A stretch of 55,691 nt of DNA from an uncultured Methanosarcinales archaeon (GTDB lineage Archaea > Nanobdellota > Nanobdellia > Woesearchaeales > B54-G15). A model generated the notes under the pieces. That model did no database searches. It was not told the origin of the DNA and saw nothing but the letters and a program-made list of their open reading frames with translations. A program made the position numbers and the translations under genes. Shown piece by piece: positions 1 through 8,653 of the stretch. The stretch lies in assembly GCA_964519225.1 (NCBI GenBank), contig CAZFJK010000003.1:5061-60751 (forward strand). The letters are read 5' to 3'. The stretch's first letter is position 1. Each line of letters starts with the position of its first letter.

Positions 1-479
1 ATTTGATCAAAGATGTATTGAGCTAGATCTTTTGTTGATTGATCGTAGATGAAAACATAAAGGATTTCTGGTGATGTTAGGACTAAAGCATTTGAGACAG
101 GAAAAGGAGCGTTGAATTGTAGAGTCCATGTGTAGAGGGTTTCATGAGTTAGTTCGGTTGGAGAAAAGAATATTTCTGTCGGTGTTTGAATATGAATCCC
201 AGTTCCTTTAACTGCATATTCTGAGTAAAGGGTGTTGGGATCGCAAATGAATTCAAGCTTTGCTTTTGGTAATTCCACTTTGTTGAAGGTTTCTTCGACT
301 GCCATTGCACCTGCTAGGATCGGCTGAAGGTCGGATAGGATTAAAGAAGCGATTTTGTATTCTGAGATCGTTTTTTGGTGTAGTGCTATTGAAATAAAGA
401 ATATTAAGATAAGAGTGCCTGCAATTAGAATGAATATCCAAAAGAAAACGTGCTGTACTTGAGCTTTTTTGTTTTTCAT
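1..479 (-). CDS. Hypothetical prepilin-like secreted protein, partial (3' end runs off the window)
   Basis: Not in the ORF track. My own translation from the ATG at 479..477 gives MKNKKAQVQHVFFWIFILIAGTLILIFFISIALHQ... and stays open to position 1. The N-terminus is a clear paralogue of the neighbouring 172-aa protein. Basic residues + A-Q + about 22 hydrophobic residues resembles an archaeal class III (prepilin-type) signal peptide. Confidence 0.6.
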   Translation of the reverse strand, partial: MKNKKAQVQHVFFWIFILIAGTLILIFFISIALHQKTISEYKIASLILSDLQPILAGAMAVEETFNKVELPKAKLEFICDPNTLYSEYAVKGTGIHIQTPTEIFFSPTELTHETLYTWTLQFNAPFPVSNALVLTSPEILYVFIYDQSTKDLAQYIFDQ

Positions 480-482
480 TTT

Positions 483-1001
483 TTATTTGACGTATATTCT
501 TGTTTTGTCTCCTCTTCCTTCGATTTTAAAATCGATTCTTCTGCGCTCTATTTTTAGGCAGGCAAATTGCTGTTCTTTGTTTGAAGTGCTGTTCCAGATT
601 TCAATCGGTCCGACAAAGATGCTGATTTCGGCTGGAGGTATTAAAAAGACATTTTCTGTTGAGTTATGGAGGTTTTGTTCGACGGCAGCTCTGATGTGAG
701 CGTATTCGTATTTTGAAGGGATGTCGCTTTTTTCTGCGTCTGGCGAGACAAAACAGACTTGGGAAAAGCCTGAAGGTACTCGCATTGGATTTTTTTCGTT
801 GAAAACTATTTGATCGCCGTACTGTATTGCTAAATCACGGATTGCGCTTTCTAGATCGTTCTTGAATTGAATTAACTCAACTTTTTTTCCTTTTTCAATG
901 AAGGAATGAATGGCTTTGTAGCCAAAGAGAAGGATTACTGCGAATATAAAGATTGCGACAATATAAAAAAATACACGCTGGATTTGGGCTTTTTTATTCA
1001 T
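483..1001 (-). CDS. Hypothetical prepilin-like secreted protein (172 aa)
   Basis: ORF track. N-terminus MNKKAQIQRVFFYIVAIFIFAVILLFGY (K-A-Q then a hydrophobic helix). Lies 2 nt downstream of the giant ORF and 3 nt upstream of its paralogue at 1..479. Confidence 0.65.
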   Translation of the reverse strand: MNKKAQIQRVFFYIVAIFIFAVILLFGYKAIHSFIEKGKKVELIQFKNDLESAIRDLAIQYGDQIVFNEKNPMRVPSGFSQVCFVSPDAEKSDIPSKYEYAHIRAAVEQNLHNSTENVFLIPPAEISIFVGPIEIWNSTSNKEQQFACLKIERRRIDFKIEGRGDKTRIYVK

Positions 1002-1003
1002 TT

Positions 1004-4000
1004 TTATTCAATGAGTTCCTTTAGATCTTCTAAGGCTTTTTTTCTTAGGGTTTTCTCCTTGAATTTTTTCTTAATTAGATCAGATAAGAGTTTGAATTCG
1101 TCTTCTGTTAATTTTTCTTTTTTTATGATCTCTCTTATTGGTTTTCCTGATTTTATTCTTTTCTCAATAAGCTCAGCGAGCTGTTTGAATTCTTCTTTCT
1201 TTAGTTTTTTTGGTAATAAGCGTTCGAGGAAACGGCTTTTTTCTTTTTCTATTTCTCGCTTGCGTTTTTCAGCAAGTTCGCGTCTTAGTTTTTCAAGTGG
1301 GGAAACTTCTCTTGGTTTTGGTATGGTTACGGGTCTATAAACTGGTGGAGGAATTTTAGGTTTTTTGAAGCGCGTAAAGAATGCAAAAATCTGTGTTTTG
1401 TATTTTAGAATGAGTAGAATCGCTGCGGCAATGATGGCTATAATCAAAATTATTAAGATGATCTTACCAAGGATTGGTCTTCTTGGAATTTCTGCTTTTG
1501 AACAACCATAGTGAGGTGAGGCTGGATTTTTGATTATGTAAGGAACTTCGCTTGGTGGTGTGTTTGGACATTTATCGAATTTGTCCGGTATTGTGTCGAG
1601 GTCTGCATCATTAAGCACAGTTGGATCTGTTCCTTTTCTGTACTCTTCAAGATTTGTATAGCCGTCGTTATCTGGATCAAGAGATGCATCACTCGGATCA
1701 TTAGGATTTAGATTGTATTTCAGTTCCCAGTAATCAGGCATGCCGTCTGCATCAGAATCGATTTCATCGGGCGCGCATCCGTAATGAGGAGAAGATTTGT
1801 TTATTTCGACTTCTGTTACTTTATCGCTCGGTGTGTTTGGGCATTTATCTTCTGCGTCTGGTATGCCATCGAGATCAGAGTCTTGAATTTTTATGACTTC
1901 AACGATTATTCTTTTGCTTCCATTTATTTGATTTCCAACAGTATCGGCAGCTGAGTAGCATAATACAGAAGTTTCTGATAGGAAGATTGTTCCAGCATAT
2001 TGTAGAGTAGGCGTACAATCTTGGGTTGTTTTTGATAAGCCATAATAAATTCCGTTGCAGCCGTTTTCATCCTGGCAAAGGATTTCAACATTTTTTCCAT
2101 TTGGAACCGGTGTTTCGATGATTGTTATGTTTGGTGGTCCTCTCTCTCTGCATTCCGGAGCTGTACTATTTAAAACAGTAAATGTTATGCTTGACCAATC
2201 TGAATAATGTCCTGCTGCATCTTTGCACCGTACTTTTAAAGTGTATTCTTCGTCTACATTTAGGAGAAGTCCGTCGATTAATGGGCTGTTCTGTGAAGAT
2301 GTTCCGTTAACTGAATAGTTCGTATTTGTAATCTGCCATTCGTAAAGCACTATAGCAGAAAGGTTGTCTGGATCTTCAGCTACGAATGTTGGATGGATTT
2401 GAGTTCTGTCGCAGGTTTTTTCTGCAAGCTGAATTGCTATGATTTTTGGCGGTGTTAAATCAATTACAATGTCAACAGGAATTGTTTGGGTTAAACCTGA
2501 TACGATAAATGTGCATGATACCTTATAAGGATATTTTCCCTCTTTTGGCTTATCAAACGTTGCTGAAAAGACTTGTGTGTTTGATTGAGGAAAGTCATAT
2601 GATGCGTTAAGTTCATCGATGTATTTACAATTTGCAGGAAGATTTGTTTCAACGTTGAGCGTTACTGTTGTTTTGTTTACGATTGGTTTTGCTGAGATTA
2701 TAACGCCCTGCCTTTTCTTATCGACTGTAAAAGTTAAAGTTACTGGAGCTGAGTCAAGTCCAGCGAGATTTCGGCAAACAACATAATATGTGTAGGTTGT
2801 TCTGTCTTTTAGTTGTGTTGTTGGAATTGATACTGTGTGGTTTGTTTTGTATAGACCAATGTGCCAGTCTGGGAATCCAGAACGCATTGAATCAAATTGT
2901 TTGGTATATAGGCTATACTTACAGATTGTTTCGTCGTCTGTTTCAACATTGAATACGGCATTTGTTGTTATTGCGCGTTGTTCTGAGCCCCATGGCGTTT
3001 CGCTTACGTACGCTCTAAGAATTTCTGGCGGGGTTGGATCGTATCTGATAAGGAATGCATGTTCTTTGCTTATGGTTCCATCTGGTTCTTTACACTGAAC
3101 GTTTAATAAGTATGTTTCGTATGGTTGCGTTTTTTGTGGATAATTTGCGCCGTCCGTTGGTTCGAATTGCTGGCCGTACCATACAGAGCGCGGAAAGTTT
3201 TCTATGTGAAATTCTGTCGGTGAATCTTTTTTGAACGGGGTACCAGAGTCATAGCTGAATGAAGTTGATGCGTATTTGCATTCCATGGCTGGTTTATCTG
3301 TTTTTATCTTAAGAGTGAATGCGGGTTTTGTGGAAACGCCGTTAGGAGGATACACTAAGCTTATTCCAAGAGGTTTGTTTATTGCGATAATGCCGCAGTT
3401 TGTTGATTCTTCATTGTCGCCGTTGTCGATAGATTTATAGCAGAAGGTTGTTGATGAATGAATTGGCAATTGGTCTGTGAATTGGGTTGATGGAGAACAT
3501 TTTTTGCCTAAATCTGTTAGGCAGTATAAAATTTCTTTACAGCCAAAGCCTGTTGCTGGAGCATCTCGGCATTGCGCCTTTACTGTTACTGATTCTGTAA
3601 ACGAAGGCCAATTTTCTGGTGTTGTTGCTGTAAAGGAGGTTGATGTTGTTTCCAAAAGAAGTATTGTCTTTGGCGGTTCAAAGTCGAGAGTGAAAAAGAT
3701 GTTTCTTTGCTTTTGTTGTTTTGTTGCGAGATCTGTGCATTTTACTGTGAACGGCATATAGAGGCCTGATCTCGTGTATGAGAATGTTGATGTTGATGTA
3801 TGGATTATGTTATCTGTTGTTGAAAATTTTTCAATAAAGGTATTGTTTCTATAAAGGGAGCAGTTTGCTTTTGCTGCTGTTTTAACCTGTACTGTGATTG
3901 TTCTCTCTTTTGTTACTCTTTTTGGTAGAAGCTGTATGATATAGGGGTCTTGTGCATCTATCTGTGCTGATGCTTTTGCTGTATTTCCAACGAGGTCCTT

Positions 4001-6685
4001 GCATGTTATTTCATAGGGATATATCTTAGGAGCTAAATCTGGATATATAATTGTTGTTGAATAATCGATTCTTTGATCTTGTAAGCCTTTAAGATTGTCT
4101 GTGCAAAAAACGATTTCATCTGAAAGTATTGTAATATAGGCTGTTGCGTTTGTGGGTGTTGGAAAAGCAACATCAGTAATAATTTGCAACGACGGCGGCT
4201 TTGTATCGATATAGATTTCTTTTGTTTTTATGTTCAGTTCTCTGTTTTTGTGCTTGTCAATAGCATAGAATGATACGAAGTACTTGTTGTTTGGTGATGC
4301 TGGAAAGCTTAATTTTGTTACATCAACTGATGCTTTTCCTGTTGAATCTGTTTTTATTTGGTTTGATGGAGTGCATTGAGCTGAAGGAGAAATGCAGTAA
4401 AAGATTGTTGATTCTGGTTCTGATTCAAATGAGATGATTGGATTTGTCGCTGTTACTTTTATCGTATTTACCTTTGTTTCTGGTCTTTTGTTATCTGCTT
4501 TGCATGTAAGGTCTGTTGGTGAGCAATCATCAATGTAATCTGCATTGCCGTCTTTTATGCATTTTGTTCCTGTCCAGCGGCAAGTTCCAAGGCGGCAGTG
4601 ATCTTTGCTCGGTGTGATTTGATTTGTTGTCGGATTAAGCAATGTTGTATCGCATGATTGCTCATCTGTGTAATCGTAACATGTTATGCCTGCTGTGCAT
4701 TTCAGACATGACTTTGTTGTTTGATCGTATCTGCATTTGCCGAGAAGTTGGCATTGCGATGGGGTGCATTCAGAAGCTAGAAAAGGTTGATTGCAAAGAT
4801 CGCATTTGTCTTCTTTTTCATAGCCAAGCTGCGTGCAGATTCCAAGACCAAGCTCTGGTACGATTGGAAGCCATTTGCACTTTCCAAAACCGCAGGCATC
4901 TTTTTGGCAAGCAAGTTCTGATTTATAATCAAAGCAGGAATGGATGTTATTGCATGATTGACATTTATATAGAAAATTAAATTTATCGTAATAGCAAAAT
5001 TGCTTTGCATGGCAGAGATTTGCATTGAAATACAGGCCGAATGGATCTGCTCCTAATGTAGAAGAATTGCATTCGCCTGGATCTATGCAATAGGTTATGC
5101 CAAAAGCATCTGGACCAAAGCAAGCAACTGAGCATGCTTCTATTTCTGATAGTTGATTTTGCTCTGTGCATTCATATCGCGATTTTCCTATGCAGAATTC
5201 TGTTGTTTTTCCTTCGCATTCAGCAGAACCTGTTTTTATAGTTGCTGTTGCTGGATCGCTTTCGCCATTCGGGTAGATCGCTTTTATTGAATAGGTGTAC
5301 TTTGTATTCCAATCTACATCTTTGTCGATGAACTGAAGCTGATTTGGATCTGAGATTGTTGCAATTTCAAAGAGTTCTCTGAAAATGCGATAGCCTAGAA
5401 CTGTTTCGCATGGTTTTTGCCATGTTAGGAGTACTGCTTTAACTCCGCGAATATGGTTTGCTGTGAATTGCTGCGGTTTGGTTAGTGTGAAATAGCTGCA
5501 ATTGGCACCGAAGGGAGTGAGGAGAATGTCTTTTGTAATTACGTCGTTTGGTAGGAGAAAAACGGTTTCTTGGGCTGGTTGGTATGAAGGTTTTTCGACT
5601 TTGATTTTATATTCGGTCCGGCCTGTGCTTTTAACAGGAAGTTCTGCTGAGAATCCTGTTGCAGTTGTACGGGTTTTTATTATGACTAGTTTATCTGTGC
5701 GGATAAAGGTTAATTCTGCAAGAGGAATATGCTGGGCTGTGATTGAATCGATGACATAGCCGCTTACGTTTGCTGTTGGTTCTTTTTTCAGAGTGAAGTT
5801 TATTTGGGTGTTGTTTGTTATTTTGATTGTTTTTGTTTGTAATTCAAAACCTGGATAAAATGCTTCGATTGAATAGGTATCTGGAACAAGTTGAATTGTA
5901 TAGTATCCTTTTGTGTCTGTTTTTGTTTTATATTGCGATTTAGCTGTTGCTGTTATTTCTGCCTGCTGGATTGGATTTCCTTTTTCATCTTTAACAAATC
6001 CTGAAAGCGTGACTGTTGGTAATGGAGTTAGCTGTATGTTGAAAGTGTTTTCTCCCGGTGAGAGTGTTTGAATAAAGTTTTTTGTTTCGTAGTTCTGAGC
6101 GCTTGCAACAATCGAGTATGTTCTTGCTAGAAGATTCTCAAAGCGATATTTTCCTGATGCGTCTGTTTTTGTGCTTAAACCATCGATGCTGATTGAAGCT
6201 GATGGAATTGGAGTTCCTGTTATTGCATTGACGACGGTACCTGAAATGTTTGCAAGTTTAGTTATTTGTTGCTGGCATATTGTTGCATCTCTGATCGATT
6301 CATTGAATGTTGCGTTGAATCCTGTAAAGGCGCTGCAGTATTGGTCGCATAAATAGCGTCTTGTTACTTTGTCTGGATGCAGGAAATGGGTTGTTCCGTT
6401 TGTGCAAATGCAGCAGCCGAGCTGACATTCTGGAACAAGGGGTGAATCGCAGCTTGTGATGTTAAGACCTGTGACGTTAATGAAAGCGGTTGGGCAGGAT
6501 GTTGTATCAGGGAATAGCAGGCAGAAGGTTGAAAGATCTGCTGGATCAAAACAGCAGTATTGGGCGTTTGTTTTTAGTGAGATAGCTAAGAAAAAGAGAA
6601 CTGCGACTATAAAAAACACACCTCTTTTTCTCATCAGGTTTTTTATTTTGTTTGTTTTATATAAGGTTTGTGTTATGTTTTGCAT
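1004..6685 (-). CDS. Giant (1893 aa) multidomain Cys-rich surface protein with a C-terminal TM anchor and a charged cytoplasmic tail
   Basis: Uninterrupted 5.7 kb ORF. The real start is probably M18 (6634), giving MRKRGVFFIVAVLFFLAISLKTNA as a signal sequence. Three carboxypeptidase-regulatory-like beta-sandwich repeats (ISGTVVNAITGTPI..., LSGFVKDEKGNPI..., VSGYVIDSITAQHI...; approx 5513..6247). Very Cys-dense central region (approx 4490..5235). Thrombospondin-type-3-like Ca-binding repeats (DSDLDGIPDAEDKCPNTP, DSDADGMPD, DPDNDGYTNLEEY, DADLDTIPDKFDKCPNTP; 1475..1882). TM helix ILGKIILIILIIAIIAAAILLIL (1406..1474). 133-aa K/E-rich tail (1007..1405). Confidence 0.85.
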   Translation of the reverse strand: MQNITQTLYKTNKIKNLMRKRGVFFIVAVLFFLAISLKTNAQYCCFDPADLSTFCLLFPDTTSCPTAFINVTGLNITSCDSPLVPECQLGCCICTNGTTHFLHPDKVTRRYLCDQYCSAFTGFNATFNESIRDATICQQQITKLANISGTVVNAITGTPIPSASISIDGLSTKTDASGKYRFENLLARTYSIVASAQNYETKNFIQTLSPGENTFNIQLTPLPTVTLSGFVKDEKGNPIQQAEITATAKSQYKTKTDTKGYYTIQLVPDTYSIEAFYPGFELQTKTIKITNNTQINFTLKKEPTANVSGYVIDSITAQHIPLAELTFIRTDKLVIIKTRTTATGFSAELPVKSTGRTEYKIKVEKPSYQPAQETVFLLPNDVITKDILLTPFGANCSYFTLTKPQQFTANHIRGVKAVLLTWQKPCETVLGYRIFRELFEIATISDPNQLQFIDKDVDWNTKYTYSIKAIYPNGESDPATATIKTGSAECEGKTTEFCIGKSRYECTEQNQLSEIEACSVACFGPDAFGITYCIDPGECNSSTLGADPFGLYFNANLCHAKQFCYYDKFNFLYKCQSCNNIHSCFDYKSELACQKDACGFGKCKWLPIVPELGLGICTQLGYEKEDKCDLCNQPFLASECTPSQCQLLGKCRYDQTTKSCLKCTAGITCYDYTDEQSCDTTLLNPTTNQITPSKDHCRLGTCRWTGTKCIKDGNADYIDDCSPTDLTCKADNKRPETKVNTIKVTATNPIISFESEPESTIFYCISPSAQCTPSNQIKTDSTGKASVDVTKLSFPASPNNKYFVSFYAIDKHKNRELNIKTKEIYIDTKPPSLQIITDVAFPTPTNATAYITILSDEIVFCTDNLKGLQDQRIDYSTTIIYPDLAPKIYPYEITCKDLVGNTAKASAQIDAQDPYIIQLLPKRVTKERTITVQVKTAAKANCSLYRNNTFIEKFSTTDNIIHTSTSTFSYTRSGLYMPFTVKCTDLATKQQKQRNIFFTLDFEPPKTILLLETTSTSFTATTPENWPSFTESVTVKAQCRDAPATGFGCKEILYCLTDLGKKCSPSTQFTDQLPIHSSTTFCYKSIDNGDNEESTNCGIIAINKPLGISLVYPPNGVSTKPAFTLKIKTDKPAMECKYASTSFSYDSGTPFKKDSPTEFHIENFPRSVWYGQQFEPTDGANYPQKTQPYETYLLNVQCKEPDGTISKEHAFLIRYDPTPPEILRAYVSETPWGSEQRAITTNAVFNVETDDETICKYSLYTKQFDSMRSGFPDWHIGLYKTNHTVSIPTTQLKDRTTYTYYVVCRNLAGLDSAPVTLTFTVDKKRQGVIISAKPIVNKTTVTLNVETNLPANCKYIDELNASYDFPQSNTQVFSATFDKPKEGKYPYKVSCTFIVSGLTQTIPVDIVIDLTPPKIIAIQLAEKTCDRTQIHPTFVAEDPDNLSAIVLYEWQITNTNYSVNGTSSQNSPLIDGLLLNVDEEYTLKVRCKDAAGHYSDWSSITFTVLNSTAPECRERGPPNITIIETPVPNGKNVEILCQDENGCNGIYYGLSKTTQDCTPTLQYAGTIFLSETSVLCYSAADTVGNQINGSKRIIVEVIKIQDSDLDGIPDAEDKCPNTPSDKVTEVEINKSSPHYGCAPDEIDSDADGMPDYWELKYNLNPNDPSDASLDPDNDGYTNLEEYRKGTDPTVLNDADLDTIPDKFDKCPNTPPSEVPYIIKNPASPHYGCSKAEIPRRPILGKIILIILIIAIIAAAILLILKYKTQIFAFFTRFKKPKIPPPVYRPVTIPKPREVSPLEKLRRELAEKRKREIEKEKSRFLERLLPKKLKKEEFKQLAELIEKRIKSGKPIREIIKKEKLTEDEFKLLSDLIKKKFKEKTLRKKALEDLKELIE

Positions 6686-8652
6686 TCTGCTCTAATGCCA
6701 AAGAATCCAGATGAGCAAGTTCCTTGACGCCAGGCTCCTTGGACAAGTTTCTTACATGGTTTTCCGCTGTCGCCAAAGCGGCAGTTGCAATGATCTTGTT
6801 CATTGAAAATGCCATCTCCGTTAGAATCCACCACTTCAGTAGTACAAAGTTTTTGACATCCTCCTTTTCCATAGCACCAACCTTCTGAAGTAAGCGAATA
6901 CGCTTTTTCTCCAACGCATGCAGAAGCTCCAAAACAGCACGTGTCTGAAGTTCCTATGATTTCGGTTTTTCCAAGGCATGCATTTCCAGTTGAGCCATCG
7001 CAATAGCGGATGATGTTGTAGCAATGCAGGTTTGAGGTGTTGTATGGTGCATTTTGTAAAGTGTTTGGACCTGAATAGCAGATTGTTGTGTTTGGAGCTA
7101 TTGTAAAATCGTCTCTGCAGCATGAATGATTTCCAAGGTATTCTGGACCGAAAGGAAATGGTGGTAAAGAAGAACGATGGGGTAAACATTGCTTTATTGT
7201 TAAAGTTGAAAAAGTATTATATGTTTGGTTGTAGCTTGAGTAGAATAAATTTGCTTTTAGAAGAGCTATACATGTTGAATTAGGCGTGCATGCATCGAAT
7301 AATTTAGTGATTTGATTTGGCTGGAGTTCTGTTATGAATTGGCTTGTTGTTACGTTAAGTACTGTTGTAGCATCTTTTTTTATTGTCCAATAAAAAAGAT
7401 ATTTGGCTTTACTGTCTAACGTTAGGTTTTTTGGTTTTGCTATGAGAAAAACAGGATCTTCGGGAGAAAGAATGTTGCTTGGAATTGTTGAATAGTTTGC
7501 TGTGATGTTTGCACTGACAATTAATTTTGGATCGACAAGTATTCTGACTAATTGAGTATCATTTAAATTATGCTCATCGTATATTGTGAAAGTGAGATTG
7601 TGATAACCTAAAGAAGAAGGAAGCGATGATGGAAAGGATTTATTTATGCTGTCCTCATCAGGATCTGCATATGAGATGTTCAGGCCGTCTATGGAAAGGT
7701 TTTCGCCTTCTATGATCAGTACGTCATAGGTATCATCGTCTTGCTTTTGAGGATATCTATTTATGTAGCTCAATATTGGGGGTCTGTTTTCTCTTGCAAA
7801 TTGGAATATAAGAGGTTGGTTTTTTATTGTGTAAAGATCATCTTTGATGATGAAAATATCAGTGTCGGTGCTTCCTTGTTGTTTAATTATTGTTAGATTT
7901 CCTTCTAGAAGATATCTTCTTAAATTTTCTTTCAGTGTTGCTGTAAGGTTTGATGTGGCGTTTGTCCAATCTGAATGGATGCTGTCCCTCAGGATTAAAT
8001 AAATATAGTATAATCTTGTTTTAACTTCAACCCAAGGGGTGTTTTCGAGAATAGGAATTTCTTCTCCCTTTAAGCGAGCAGAGAGAACAAATTGAAGTTT
8101 TGCTCTTACTGATGTCCTTAAGAGTTTAACAACAGGTTTTATTGTCGTTATGCTGAGATCATAGCCTGTCACTGATTTTAGAGCTGTTATGTTAATACAC
8201 TGGATTGCGTTTTCTTCTAGGTATTTTCTTATTTCGCTAGTTATCGATGGTAGGGTTCTTTTACCGAAAAAAACAGGTTCGGGTTGATCGAGTTTGAATC
8301 TGCAATAATCTGGTTCAGGATATGCTTTGGTACAAGGGTAATCTTCAGGAATTGGTTGTTGTATTGTAATTAAGATAGAAACGTTTTCGTTATTGAATAG
8401 AATTGAGTTTGTTGGTTTATATTGGCCTCCTCTTCTTGATATAGTCAGGATTGCATCCTCTAAAGTCGATCTCAGGCATTCTTCTGTGAAGAATTTAAAG
8501 GCTGAAACCGACATTGCTCTTTTTATAACTTTCTGAACTTCTCGGCTTGCTTTTTGTTCAGCGGTTTGTTCTGCAAGGTAGAATAATAAGAAGAAGGTTA
8601 TAATGATTGTGAAGCCTAGAACAATGAATATGGTGATTTGTGCACGACGCAT
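6673..8652 (-). CDS. Hypothetical 659-aa surface protein: prepilin-like N-terminus plus a Cys-rich C-terminal module
   Basis: ORF track. The N-terminus MRRAQITIFIVLGFTIIITFFLLFYL fits the class III signal pattern [KR][GA][Q][ILVTAS]x3 + hydrophobic stretch. The last ~170 aa are Cys-dense (HSCCRDDF, CYNIIRYCDGSTGNAC, DTCCFGASAC, DSNGDG). Overlaps the downstream giant ORF by up to 13 nt and sits 1 nt from the upstream gene. Confidence 0.8.
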   Translation of the reverse strand: MRRAQITIFIVLGFTIIITFFLLFYLAEQTAEQKASREVQKVIKRAMSVSAFKFFTEECLRSTLEDAILTISRRGGQYKPTNSILFNNENVSILITIQQPIPEDYPCTKAYPEPDYCRFKLDQPEPVFFGKRTLPSITSEIRKYLEENAIQCINITALKSVTGYDLSITTIKPVVKLLRTSVRAKLQFVLSARLKGEEIPILENTPWVEVKTRLYYIYLILRDSIHSDWTNATSNLTATLKENLRRYLLEGNLTIIKQQGSTDTDIFIIKDDLYTIKNQPLIFQFARENRPPILSYINRYPQKQDDDTYDVLIIEGENLSIDGLNISYADPDEDSINKSFPSSLPSSLGYHNLTFTIYDEHNLNDTQLVRILVDPKLIVSANITANYSTIPSNILSPEDPVFLIAKPKNLTLDSKAKYLFYWTIKKDATTVLNVTTSQFITELQPNQITKLFDACTPNSTCIALLKANLFYSSYNQTYNTFSTLTIKQCLPHRSSLPPFPFGPEYLGNHSCCRDDFTIAPNTTICYSGPNTLQNAPYNTSNLHCYNIIRYCDGSTGNACLGKTEIIGTSDTCCFGASACVGEKAYSLTSEGWCYGKGGCQKLCTTEVVDSNGDGIFNEQDHCNCRFGDSGKPCKKLVQGAWRQGTCSSGFFGIRAECKT

Positions 8653-8653
8653 T

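Noticed and set aside
906-1340. 144-aa plus-strand ORF rich in S/F/L
   Set aside because: It is the antisense shadow of the K/E-rich cytoplasmic tail of the giant minus-strand protein (AAG/GAA codons read as CTT/TTC). It is low complexity and has no start context.
1004-6685. Giant ORF as an assembly artefact, pseudogene or fused genes
   Set aside because: The reading frame is open for 5.7 kb. It has a coherent architecture: signal, repeated beta-sandwich domains, Cys-rich modules, TSP3 repeats, then a single TM and tail. There is no internal stop or frameshift, and no internal SD/start pattern suggesting separate genes.
6657-7189. Nested minus-strand ORFs 6657..6932 and 6836..7189
   Set aside because: These are alternative frames inside the Cys-rich C-terminus of the 659-aa gene. 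The main frame has consistent Cys-module structure, whereas these are arbitrary.
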